This document shows, piece after piece, positions 29,321 through 39,101 of a stretch of DNA of 44,221 nt; position 1 is the first letter of the stretch, and each line of letters opens with the position of its first letter. The stretch is taken from NCBI GenBank assembly GCA_964355295.1, contig CAYHCZ010000004.1, forward strand, positions 1 to 44,221, in the 5' to 3' direction. The stretch comes from an uncultured Methanomicrobia archaeon. GTDB taxonomy: Archaea; Halobacteriota; Bog-38; Methanoflorentales; Methanoflorentaceae. The translations under genes were made by a program, and so were the position numbers. The notes under the pieces are model-generated. The model worked only from the letters and a program-made list of their open reading frames with translations, did not search any database and was not told the origin of the DNA.

Positions 29321-29680
29321 TCAATTTTGAGCTGCTATCACAAACTGCGGCAAACTCTCACAAATATGCCGCAGAGAGATCATTCTCGAATCATCAGCAT
29401 AGATTTTGTATTGAGTGTTGTACGCATAGTCGAAAACGATGTTGTTAAGGTCATCTTCGAGGGCCACTTTAAGCTCTTTTAGCGCTTGCTTATCATAGTT
29501 CAAGGCTGGCTGCAACGCAACACGAACTCCGGGTATAAGCCCACTATCATCAAAAAAAAGCGACAAATCATCGACACAATAGCCACGATCAGTAAAAAAG
29601 AGCGACGCGTAATTCTTCAACTCCTGACTAGTTTCCAAAATGATAGTTCTGTAGCTATAGTGAAGTCTGTTTAAATTCAT
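29321..29680 (-). CDS. Hypothetical protein
   Basis: 119-aa ORF with an ATG start and no recognised motif. Confidence 0.45.
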   Translation of the reverse strand: MNLNRLHYSYRTIILETSQELKNYASLFFTDRGYCVDDLSLFFDDSGLIPGVRVALQPALNYDKQALKELKVALEDDLNNIVFDYAYNTQYKIYADDSRMISLRHICESLPQFVIAAQN

Positions 29681-29865
29681 TCGGGTGCCTCGATCTAAAA
29701 TCGTTATACTTCATAGAACAGTCACGTATTTAGCTCTAAGCCAATTCTAGCGTAATTAAACGTAGAAAAACCAAGGAAATCGCAAGCTTGCACTTATGTA
29801 AGTTCACAAAAAGCGACACATAAAATCGGTTAACGATATCCTCACTCTTAGTTACTTTTTCGTTC

Positions 29866-30195
29866 TTATTCGCTATCGAGACCACTTACGTCTACACCGG
29901 CTTGCTGAGCCATAGTTTTGAGCCTTTCGATTAGCAAAATGTAACCGTCACGCATCGCATCATACAAACCGTCCCGAACCCCTGCTTTATGATACTTGTA
30001 GATCACGAATCTTTGCCAGTCTCGCTCTAAAAGCATCTCATCATCTGAGAGCGAAGGCGCTGCAACCGCGCTTTCAAACTGTCTTGAGTCCTCTACATAT
30101 TTTTCCAAGCTTAAAAACTCATCAACGAGTTGATTAAGGTCAATCTCAGGGTTCATCAAGCAAGACCTGTGCACCTCGTATATAACTCTCTGCAC
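29866..30195 (-). CDS. Hypothetical protein (helical, acidic)
   Basis: 109-aa ORF from a TTG. An internal ATG (MNPEIDLNQL...) is the likelier start. No recognised motif. Confidence 0.45.
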   Translation of the reverse strand: MQRVIYEVHRSCLMNPEIDLNQLVDEFLSLEKYVEDSRQFESAVAAPSLSDDEMLLERDWQRFVIYKYHKAGVRDGLYDAMRDGYILLIERLKTMAQQAGVDVSGLDSE

Positions 30196-30882
30196 TAATA
30201 AGGGTCTGAAACTGTTGCTCGTGCCTGTTAGACTCGCTTTTTTATATATGAGCTAGTGTCCGTTCCCTATCGCAGGGTTTCCATTGGAGCGTAACAGGAA
30301 CTATCGGTTTGCTCCAATGCTAACTTAGTCGATGTAGAAACTACAGCGCCTTTTTTTCGCCTCCAGAGCAAAAGACAAGGTTTAAATAAGACCTACAATG
30401 CAATTACGAGAAATGAATTGTCAAGCATCGACCTTTGAGACCGAGCTCTTTGGCCTTGAACAAGAAGAAGATTTTGAAAATTTCCTCGATATTATAGACC
30501 TTAAAAATCCTAACTTTTCCAGATACGTAAACGACACGAAGATTGATTAAGGTCGACGTTGCGCGGAGATCATTCCGTGTGATCCTAAATAGCTTGCTAG
30601 AGAGATAAACTCCAGCTTTTTTTAAATAAATGATTGACTAAAAGTGCATCATTACATCAATTTATCTTTGATCCGTCGTAGAAACCGTTTTTTAACATTA
30701 CCAGAGTGTTTTATAGTATCATATCTGTGCTAACGCTTGGTAAATTACGATAGTAACTGTTATCGATGCTATTTGCTTGATAAATGCCGCCAGCAGTATA
30801 TTTGTTGCCTTGATTGTAGCAGGGGACTTGCAGATGAAAGCAAGAAGTCATTGCTACTTATAACTGGCTCGTATCTTGATTT

Positions 30883-31404
30883 CTAAGGAGTATTAACGAC
30901 AGACTCGTTGTAAACTGCCCCTAAAGTACCTGTCGCCGTAATATTTAGAAAAGAGGTAGTCGTGCTGCTCTTATAGGTAGCGTCGCCGTAAAAATTCACC
31001 TGTAGCTGGTGAGTTTTAAGTCCCAAGTTATCGGTGTACTCTCCGGTCAAGCTGAGCGTTGTAGCACCGTTTTTCATTTGACTTTTTCCTACCGAGTTAG
31101 TATCGATAAACCATTCAACAACCTTACCGTTTATTGCACTTCCACTACTGTCTTTTAAGACCGCTTTTATCGTAACTGGCTCACCTAACGCGGCCGATGC
31201 CGAATTCAGTGAGATTTCCGACGCTTTCAAACTGCTCGATCCTTGGCTGCTTCCATTCTGACTGGACGTGTTATCCACGCACCCACTGACAAAGCAACAG
31301 CACAGTACTATGCAGAGCGCCAACGTAGTAGTCTTCCACACGCTCGGTACGAAGAGTGCGTCTGAGATAAAACTTTCTGTGACAAAAGCCGGGCATGTAC
31401 GCAC
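30883..31404 (-). CDS. Putative surface lipoprotein with Ig-like domain
   Basis: Lipobox CCCFVSGC followed by a Ser-rich linker. The domain ...VVEWFIDTNSVGKSQ...LSLTGEYTDNLGLKTHQLQVNFYGDATYKSSTTTSFLNITATG parallels 28110-28868. A GTG at 31341 (VWKTTTLALC...) is a plausible true start. Confidence 0.6.
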   Translation of the reverse strand: MRTCPAFVTESFISDALFVPSVWKTTTLALCIVLCCCFVSGCVDNTSSQNGSSQGSSSLKASEISLNSASAALGEPVTIKAVLKDSSGSAINGKVVEWFIDTNSVGKSQMKNGATTLSLTGEYTDNLGLKTHQLQVNFYGDATYKSSTTTSFLNITATGTLGAVYNESVVNTP

Positions 31405-31475
31405 GCAAGGTCGTAATACGAAGAACTATGAAAATTTTGAGAGCTTGATAGTCTTCAGGTTTTTATCGAAGCTAT

Positions 31476-31901
31476 CTAGGCACTGCTACCCACCAACTGC
31501 TTGAGATGGAATCGTCGTAGTTCTTGAAACTCCTGTGCGATCGCGCTCGGAAAAACGATACATCGTTTCGATGCGCCCTGTGGCAAGCCAACTAAGATCT
31601 CGCCGCTTTCAAGTTCAACAATAACATCTAAGACGCGCGTTTCAATTGATAGACGTGTCCAAGCCGGTACATAGTGTTCAAAGCTATCTAATTGTTTGAC
31701 ATTTACAAGGATTTTTGGCACGTGCAGCGATCCATGTCGTGCGAGATCCGCAGCTTCATCGATTTCGACTTTCTTGACTTCACCAACATCAATGTCATCG
31801 ATTCGAAGTCCGCACTCTATCAGAGCTGCTACCACCAGAAGCTTGGTGAGCTGATGTCTGCTCTCAGCGAGCCGTTTTTGTCTCGTGCTGCTTGTTACCA
31901 T
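31476..31901 (-). CDS. Hypothetical protein
   Basis: 141-aa ORF with an ATG start and no recognised motif. Confidence 0.5.
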   Translation of the reverse strand: MVTSSTRQKRLAESRHQLTKLLVVAALIECGLRIDDIDVGEVKKVEIDEAADLARHGSLHVPKILVNVKQLDSFEHYVPAWTRLSIETRVLDVIVELESGEILVGLPQGASKRCIVFPSAIAQEFQELRRFHLKQLVGSSA

Positions 31902-32047
31902 GCCTAGATCGAGCTTGTCAATTATGCGTGTCTTAATTCCCTATGACCTCGTTTCACGATCCCCTTGCAGTTTTAGTGTTTATAGAGTTTAGAAATGAAT
32001 AAATATTGCGTAGCTTCAGTGATAAAGCGTTTAAACTGGGGGTTTTT

Positions 32048-33283
32048 ATGCGAGAGATTGAATATTACGAACGTCCGTTTGACTACAAAAGAATTCTTGA
32101 CATAAAGAAGACAGCGACACTCAACAAGTCACTTAGGGAAGGTATGGGGTCACTTAAGCGTGTTCCTGCAAGCTTGGACATGCTCAATTTTCTTCCAGCA
32201 CAACTCTATAACTTACCTTTAAACGCTGAAGAGTCAGTCAAAACAAGAACTACTGTGGGGAAAAGCTCGAAAAGGCCGATCCACCTCGAGACACCTATCA
32301 TGATCTCTGGCATGAGTTTTGGCGCCTTGAATAAAGAACAAAAAATAGCGCTTGCAAAAGCATCAACTCTCGCAGGAACAGCAACGAACACTGGAGAAGG
32401 CGGGATGCTCGATGAAGAACGTGAGTTTGCAAAGTATATCACGCTGCAGTATTCGACCGGACACTTCGGCGTGTGGAATGAGCGACTAAAAGAAGCCGAC
32501 ATGATCGAGTTTCGTATAAGTCAATCAGCATACCCTGGCACTGGTAGTTTAGTTCCTGGAAAAAAAGTTAATGAGCTCATTGCCAAGACGCGCGGTATTC
32601 CTGTTAACAGCGACGCTCGAAGCCCTGCTCGGCATCCTGACATTCATAATGCTGAAGATCTTAAACACAAGCTCGAAACGTTACGAGATATTACAGGAGG
32701 CCGGCCCATTGGCATCAAGTTTGCCGCAGGACACGTCGAGAAGGACCTCGACATAATTGTCTACGCCGAACCTGACTACGTCGTCGTTGATGGGTTTGGA
32801 GGGGGTAGCGGAGCCCCTCCAAGCCACATTAGGGACAACTTCGGGCTTCCCATCATCAACTTCCTCCCTCGAGCGCACCAGTATCTAAACGAGATTGGTT
32901 ATCGCGAGCATGTCGACCTCATCGCGGCGGGAGGATTACGCACATCAGGAGATTTCGCTAAAAGTTTAGCGCTCGGAGCCGACGCTGTGTATATCGCCAC
33001 GTCTGCACTTTGGGCGATGTCATGCGAGTACTATCGTATTTGTGAGACCAACCAATGTCCGACTGGAACAACGACTCACGATCCCGAGCTTATAAAACGG
33101 TTTAACGTTGAAAAAGGGGCTCAAAAGCTCGCCAATTTTATTCGAATTTCAACGTCAGAACTAGCCGATATTTCGCGAGCGTTAGGCAAAGAAGATGTGC
33201 ACGAATTAGACACGCACGACCTAATCGCTCTCACGCGCGAGACAAGCGAATTGTCAGGAGTGACGTATCCGACTGTGAGTTAA
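32048..33283 (+). CDS. FMN-binding glutamate synthase family protein (GltB domain-2-like)
   Basis: ISGMSFGALNKEQKIALAKASTLAGTATNTGEGGM, VVDGFGGGSGAPP and AAGGLRTSGDFAKSLALGADAVYIAT. Start placed at ATG 32048, with GGGGGT upstream. The ORF-track TTG at 32006 is the alternative. Confidence 0.85.
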   Translation: MREIEYYERPFDYKRILDIKKTATLNKSLREGMGSLKRVPASLDMLNFLPAQLYNLPLNAEESVKTRTTVGKSSKRPIHLETPIMISGMSFGALNKEQKIALAKASTLAGTATNTGEGGMLDEEREFAKYITLQYSTGHFGVWNERLKEADMIEFRISQSAYPGTGSLVPGKKVNELIAKTRGIPVNSDARSPARHPDIHNAEDLKHKLETLRDITGGRPIGIKFAAGHVEKDLDIIVYAEPDYVVVDGFGGGSGAPPSHIRDNFGLPIINFLPRAHQYLNEIGYREHVDLIAAGGLRTSGDFAKSLALGADAVYIATSALWAMSCEYYRICETNQCPTGTTTHDPELIKRFNVEKGAQKLANFIRISTSELADISRALGKEDVHELDTHDLIALTRETSELSGVTYPTVS

Positions 33284-33377
33284 CTGGATGTTGACAACGG
33301 AGGAACATTACAAGTACGGCAGTTGTAGACTTGTGTAACACAGTGGTTGCCCAGCACAATCCCCTATATACATGGAG

Positions 33378-33832
33378 TTACGATGTAAGCGCGATTCGAG
33401 CTAACTCTGTCCCAATCTGCTTGAACTGTTCTTCTGTGCCCTCTTTCAATGGTCCTTCTTTGCCAAGAACTATCGCAGAAACATGTGGCTTAACGACCTT
33501 CGTGCCGTACTGTTTCATTCGTTGTTCGATTTTTTTTCCGGCGCTACCAGCTAATCGAGACTTATATTTAGTATCGAAGGCAAAAATCTGCTTGTTTTTG
33601 ACATCTGCTTCTTTAGTTTGCTTCGTAAACGTTTTCATTGTTTCTGAGAGCCCAAAAGGTGTGTGGGCCCGCCAATGACGAGCATATCGTAAGCTCCCAG
33701 AGTCCCAACGTCAACCGTATACGCTCGAACGCAATCGACTTCGACCCCTTGCTCGCGCATTCCTGATGCGAGCGCTCTCGCCACTTTCTCGGTGTTGGCA
33801 AACATTGAATCGTAGATTACAAGCGTCTTCAT
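33378..33832 (-). pseudogene. Flavodoxin-like protein, frameshifted
   Basis: MKTLVIYDSMFANTEKVARALASG...YDMLVIGGPTH (ORF 33635-33832) continues as FGLSETMKTFTKQTKEADVKNKQIFAFDTKYK...GPLKEGTEEQFKQIGTELA in a second frame (ORF 33378-33638). The junction is the 4-nt run at 33654-33657, which looks like a 1-nt deletion. Confidence 0.75.
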
Positions 33833-34105
33833 TTAGCGTCGCTCCTGCTCTTAAAGATATGTCGAGTACCATCTATAAGTGCAGTATTCTACTTTTATCC
33901 TTAAACCCTCTAGCAAAAGAAAATACAATCGTAAGATCGACGAGTTGATTATGACGTGCAATAGAGTATCATGCTGCAAAATGGTGTAATTTTGGAGAGT
34001 TTTGGTGTAGTTTGATTTTTTTCTGTCTTAGCTCAAGCACTCACAACTACTCAATGCAGGCAAGAAACGGCTTAAGTTTGCGGCAATGCTAAAGTATAAC
34101 TACGG

Positions 34106-34798
34106 ATGATCGGCATGACACTCTCTGCGGCCATGAAGCTCTTCAAAAAAGATTCCATTTCGCAACGTATTTACAAATACGTCGAAGAATTTCAACGAGC
34201 AACTCAAAACAACGACTACAGGGCGGCACGGGACGCCGTTGAGAAAGCGCTCAAAATTGATCCTGGTAACAAAGAATTGCTAGATATGAAGGCCACTGTG
34301 CTTGAGCTCATCGAAATGGAAAATTCGCGCAAAAGACCCGCGTTGAGCGATGTTGCGGACGTCATTACAGAGGGAGAGGGATCAAACTTGCACCCTTCAG
34401 CCGATGAGTGTGAAAGCGTCGAAGCAATCCTTCAATTGTACGGTAAAGCGCTTATTGCTGGAGATGCTGATGCGGCAATATCAATGTGGGACGAATCGAG
34501 CCCTGATCTCACATATGTCTCAACAGATCACGGTTCCGTCCGCAAAGGCTATCACGAGATCGAAGACGCCCTTAAATATGCAATGTCCAACTATGACTAC
34601 ATGACGTATGCGTTGGTCGAGCATAGTGAAGAAGATAGCAATCTCGTTTATGCTTTTTATGAAGTTCGTGTCGCACGGTTGTGGGACGCCTATGCAGATA
34701 TACCTGGCTGCAAACGTGTGACTCTTGTACTGCGCAAGAGAGGGCGCACGTGGAAGATTGTCCACGGTCACGAATCTGCCTTTTCTTGTCTTAGATGA
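34106..34798 (+). CDS. NTF2-like (SnoaL/DUF4440-type) protein with N-terminal TPR-like hairpin
   Basis: 230 aa. The C-terminal ~120 aa (VEAILQLYGKALIAGDADAAISMWDES...RVTLVLRKRGRTWKIVHGHES) fit the NTF2-like cone pattern. Confidence 0.6.
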   Translation: MIGMTLSAAMKLFKKDSISQRIYKYVEEFQRATQNNDYRAARDAVEKALKIDPGNKELLDMKATVLELIEMENSRKRPALSDVADVITEGEGSNLHPSADECESVEAILQLYGKALIAGDADAAISMWDESSPDLTYVSTDHGSVRKGYHEIEDALKYAMSNYDYMTYALVEHSEEDSNLVYAFYEVRVARLWDAYADIPGCKRVTLVLRKRGRTWKIVHGHESAFSCLR

Positions 34799-35259
34799 AA
34801 GAAGCGCTTATAGGGTGTTGCTCTACAGTAAGTAGTTTTCGTAACTGAGATGAAATAACCACATTAAAACCAAATCAAAGTAGAAATAGTTCTGTTATTG
34901 AATTAAGGCTTCCTTCTAGTTCGTTTCTCGAATTTAACGGTAATTAAGAGACCAAGATTAGATCGTATGATTCCAACGAACTAAAAAAATCCTAACGCTT
35001 TGGCTCCACCTATTAGAGCGAAGACCATTATAAATAGCGCAACTACGATTATCCATCGCTCGTTTGCTTTCATTTTTGAGTTAGGATCTCCCTTTTTTCG
35101 TTCCCTATTTTGTACAATCTTTTAAGGATAACGCCGAGGCAAAAAGCAATAACAGACTCATCAACGAAACCAAGCATCAGTTCATCTATATTATCTATCC
35201 TATGATGATAATACTGGCCATATCGTTTTTTTTAGGGTTAAGCTAAAAACAAAAGCGAA

Positions 35260-35988
35260 TCAGGATACATGTCCAATTGGGATTATATAAAGTGGCTGGT
35301 GGTTTGCAGGAGCTTGGATTACTTCGCGGACCATCACATCATCAAAAGCGCCAATAGGCACCGCTCCTAAACCTAACGATGTGCACTCAAGCAATACATT
35401 TTGCGCCGCGTGACCTGCTTCTAGGAGGATGTAGCGCTCTGCTCGGTCACCGTACTTCACTGTAGTTCGTTCAAAAACCCCAGTAATTACTAACTTCAGC
35501 GGCGCTTGTCTAACAGCGTTTTGATTCAAGGCGGCTTTTGTTAGATCATCCTGCACGTTTTCTGAAGAAATTTTCTCTAGGCTATGATTGGGTGGGTTAT
35601 AATGATAGATACCGGTTGCGTTGATTGCATATACTTCAAGGGGATATAGCGCTCCAGCAGATGGAGTAGTTCTGAATCCTTGCGAGCTCGTGATTCCTTG
35701 AGCGGCCCAAAGCAGTTGGGAGAGTTCACCAAGTGAAACGCTCTCGTTGCTGTATTCGCGAATTGACCGTCGCTGTTGCAGAGTCTCTTCTAACGAAATT
35801 TTTCCTTTTAGCAGTGGCTGCGGGAGCTTTGTGACATCAATGACGATAGTCTCTGGGGATGTAGACGCATCCGAATCATTATCCACATGCGCGCTCAAGG
35901 TTATCCATCCTATGAGCATGGAAATTATTAACGCACAGACGAGGGCAATGATTAGACCTGTTCGCATAGATGCATACCGCCGCTTCAA
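35260..35988 (-). CDS. SagB-type dehydrogenase / nitroreductase-family protein with N-terminal membrane anchor
   Basis: RRSIREYSNESVSLGELSQLLWAAQGIT...TPSAGALYPLEVY...LEAGHAAQNVLLECTSLGLGAVPIGAF. N-terminal TM GLIIALVCALIISMLIGWITL. The ATG at 35967 is a likely alternative start. Confidence 0.75.
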   Translation of the reverse strand: MKRRYASMRTGLIIALVCALIISMLIGWITLSAHVDNDSDASTSPETIVIDVTKLPQPLLKGKISLEETLQQRRSIREYSNESVSLGELSQLLWAAQGITSSQGFRTTPSAGALYPLEVYAINATGIYHYNPPNHSLEKISSENVQDDLTKAALNQNAVRQAPLKLVITGVFERTTVKYGDRAERYILLEAGHAAQNVLLECTSLGLGAVPIGAFDDVMVREVIQAPANHQPLYIIPIGHVS

Positions 35989-36293
35989 GTTAGTTCTGGA
36001 AAATGGCAGATCAATTATGCTGCCTCATTTACTGAGTAGGCTGTTCCTTTGTAGCGCTCCGTTTCATAGCGTGCTAAACTTGTTTGCTCTCTTAGGGGTA
36101 ATTTAAATCAGACGCTCACATGCACTTTCCTTTGTGAGACTTAAAAGCATCAAGCCATTCTAGAGACTTTGACTATACTAGGTGCTAAGGCTTAAAGAGA
36201 ATTGTTGAAATTTAGAGTGCAAGTAAAGCGCGGGATTAGTTTGGTTAGACCTAAACATTTATGACCATATACCATAGCTTTAATTGAGAAACA

Positions 36294-36668
36294 ATGCCTA
36301 AAATTATCCATTTCGAAATCTCTGCAGATGACCCAGCACGCGCATCAGCATTTTACGAGCGTATATTCAGCTGGCGCATCGAAAAATGGGGGGGGTCTGT
36401 CGATTACTGGCTTATAAGTACCAATGAGGGCGACCAAACAAGCATTAACGGGGCGATACGACAACGGATGAGCGACGAGACGACAGTAAATACCGTCGAC
36501 GTTCCTTCTATTGATGAGTTCACGCAGAGAGTGGTCAGTGCTGGAGGGCGTATTGTTGTAGCTAAATCGGTTGTCCCAGGGGTTGGATACCACGCTTACT
36601 GTGTCGACACAGAAGGAAACCTTTTCGGGATCATGCAACAAGACCCTTTGGCACAATTACCTGAGTAG
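36294..36668 (+). CDS. VOC-family (glyoxalase/bleomycin-resistance fold) protein
   Basis: 124 aa. IIHFEISADDPARASAFYERIFSW...PGVGYHAYCVDTEGNLFGIMQ. Confidence 0.85.
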   Translation: MPKIIHFEISADDPARASAFYERIFSWRIEKWGGSVDYWLISTNEGDQTSINGAIRQRMSDETTVNTVDVPSIDEFTQRVVSAGGRIVVAKSVVPGVGYHAYCVDTEGNLFGIMQQDPLAQLPE

Positions 36669-36801
36669 AGGATCCCACTCATCCTACTATGAACATTTAA
36701 TAAGGAGAACGATTGTGTCTAATCCGCGTGCAAAAACACTTTTATACCGCGCAGAGGAGGATTAAATAAAGCTGTCCGTATTTGAATCTGTCGATGCTGG
36801 A

Positions 36802-36861
36802 GAGCGAGAGCCCGCCCAGTGGGCTACCTCGAACATATGTGTTATGGCGGGCTTACGCTCT
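36802..36861. other. Long imperfect hairpin in the convergent intergenic region
   Basis: gagcg(a)gagcccgcc (36802-36816) pairs with ggcgggct(a)cgctc (36847-36861). That gives 8 bp, one G-U, one mismatch and 5 bp around a 30-nt loop. It could be a terminator or a small RNA. Confidence 0.3.
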
Positions 36862-37188
36862 GTAGTGACTACTAAATGCCTAGTTCTTTTTCCGGTAGGA
36901 AATAACACAAAGTTGCTTTGCTTAGCTTGACGATTTTAGAGTTGTTGTTAATCCTCTTAAAAACGCTTTGCGCTCTTCTTTTGTGCGACTCCGGCTCTTT
37001 TACAGTTGTTCCACTCGAGGGAAGTTGTGTATTCGGGTCTGTTATGCTAAATAAATTTCATTAACCGGAAATAAAATATCAAAATAACTATTTTTTTTTT
37101 CGCGCAATATTTCACTTACTTAAATCAGCTACATAAGGGATCGAAGTAGTAGACCGTTACGCCAGGAGCTAAGAACAGCAACGATAGA

Positions 37189-38034
37189 TCACATTGAGTC
37201 AGACAAACGCCGATCGCACTCTTCTACACGATTGAGCCATTCGTCGACTAGGCAGTTGAAAACAGCCTCCTGCTCGACTTCGAGCCCGTGTCCGGCTCTA
37301 TCTAATATCGCAAACGTTCCGCGGGAGAAGTTCTCGACAAGCTTGAGAGAGTCACGATACCCAACTGAGGTATCTTGGCGTCCAGAGAATATGAGTGACG
37401 GTCTGTTAAAGGGGTGCTCAAGCTGGTCTACATCAAAGGAAAGGTTATACCCACCCTTTTGAAACGGTTCTAGAAACGCTCGATCTTTTATGTGCATTCC
37501 TGGGATGATGTCCTGTATAAACCGATTCCAGCGCTTTTGATCCTGAACCACGAGCACGCGTTCAAATAAGTTTTTGTCCTCTGATTGTTCGATACCTGCC
37601 AAGAACGTCTCATCCCTCACGAATATTTGTCGCTTTGGCAGTTCGCGTCGCTTTCGATCAGCTACAATGACGGGGCAGATGAGCAGGGCACCTTTGAGAC
37701 GTTCAGGTATTAATTTGATGATTGCTCTAGCCAGATACGCTCCATAGGATTCACCAGCAACCAAGAACGAGTCATAACCTAAGACTATATTAACAAACGC
37801 TATGACCGCTTCAAGCATTTGATCTGCATTGCTCAACCAATGAGGCGCCGGTGTGCGACCCATTCCTGGTAAGTCGAAGTAGATCCGTTTCCATCCTGAG
37901 CGGCTTTCAAAGACAGGTTCCATACAGCCGATCATAACATGACGGTCAATGCCAAAACCGTGGATCATCAGTATTGGCATTCCTTCGCCACGTATTTCGT
38001 ATTGGAAGTGTAGATCGCCTACGTTACATCTCAT
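37189..38034 (-). CDS. Alpha/beta-fold hydrolase
   Basis: 281 aa. ILMIHGFG oxyanion region, GESYGAYLA nucleophile elbow (GxSxG) and a late GH motif (DRAGHG). Confidence 0.85.
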   Translation of the reverse strand: MRCNVGDLHFQYEIRGEGMPILMIHGFGIDRHVMIGCMEPVFESRSGWKRIYFDLPGMGRTPAPHWLSNADQMLEAVIAFVNIVLGYDSFLVAGESYGAYLARAIIKLIPERLKGALLICPVIVADRKRRELPKRQIFVRDETFLAGIEQSEDKNLFERVLVVQDQKRWNRFIQDIIPGMHIKDRAFLEPFQKGGYNLSFDVDQLEHPFNRPSLIFSGRQDTSVGYRDSLKLVENFSRGTFAILDRAGHGLEVEQEAVFNCLVDEWLNRVEECDRRLSDSM

Positions 38035-38612
38035 CTGTAGTGTAGTGAGGGACTGAGTTTAAAAGGCCTAGTGTTTATGACTCACATTTCATCGTCCCGC
38101 AAGTACGATTAGTGTGTTGCTCACGTGCCCCCCCTCGTTTGTGGTAATACTATCTCAAGCATCCATCTCTCGTTTGCACTCCTTTTTGATCTTCTTAAAA
38201 TCCGTTTAATAAGCAAGACCACAAACGGTTGTTAGTCAGCGACTCAGACGGGTCTCTCTAAATAGGATGAACAATATATAATTTAATAGCAACCTTAACT
38301 GAATTGCCGTCTTACTTGTTCGTCTAGCATACTGTTGGGGGGCGGCGCCGCGTGTCTCTAAAAATGAGGCAGTCACGCTCTGTGCGAGACACACGGCTTT
38401 GGATGCCTTTTCCCAACTGTTTTTCCCACGAACGAAGTACTATTTTAACTTGTTGGAATAATGGCAATAGTTCTACTGCAACTAATAGCCACTACTGCCT
38501 AGAGGAGCTTTAGCAAAACAACCATCTAAGTAAGCTTCTCACAGTTCGACCACCTGTCTTAAGATCCGCATATAATCTGTCTCGCGAAAAAAATGCTCAT
38601 CCTGCGCGAAAC

Positions 38613-38660
38613 TATATATGATATCTGCATACAGGTAAATATCTAAAAAAAAGGAGGTGA
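38613..38660 (+). promoter_or_regulatory. TATA box and Shine-Dalgarno site of the TRAM gene
   Basis: TATATAT at 38613-38619 lies about 45 nt before the ATG. AAGGAGGTGA at 38651-38660 ends 4 nt before the ATG at 38665. Confidence 0.45.
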
Positions 38661-38664
38661 CGTT

Positions 38665-38919
38665 ATGTACAGAGCAAACACAAGAAACAATTTCGGCGGC
38701 GGCTACAAGAGCTATGACAGCAAACCAAAGAGCGCGCCTGTAGATGTCGGAAAGCAATATGATGTTAAAATCGAAGATATTGCTAAACAGGGCGACGGCA
38801 TAGCTCGAATTAGTGGTTTCGTGATTTTCGTTCCACACACCAAGATCGGTGACGAAGTTAAGATTGAAATCAAGGCTGTAAAGCGCAACTTCGCTTTTGC
38901 TGAAGTAGTCGAAGAGTAA
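38665..38919 (+). CDS. TRAM-domain protein
   Basis: 84 aa. VGKQYDVKIEDIAKQGDGIARISGFVIFVPHTKIGDEVKIEIKAVKRNFAFAE is a typical stand-alone archaeal TRAM domain. Confidence 0.85.
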   Translation: MYRANTRNNFGGGYKSYDSKPKSAPVDVGKQYDVKIEDIAKQGDGIARISGFVIFVPHTKIGDEVKIEIKAVKRNFAFAEVVEE

Positions 38920-39101
38920 CCTAACTTGTTGAATTAGAATGGACTGATTGATGGATTAACTACATTGTTGTTAGAAGTTTGCGCTGCGCGCCTTGACTAA
39001 TATGTTGTTCTTCCATCTACCTTTTTGATTGGTTTTCGCATCACCGTGTTGACGTGTATTTCTTCAGTATTTTTTCTAAGTTACGTTTATTTTTAATGCG
39101 T

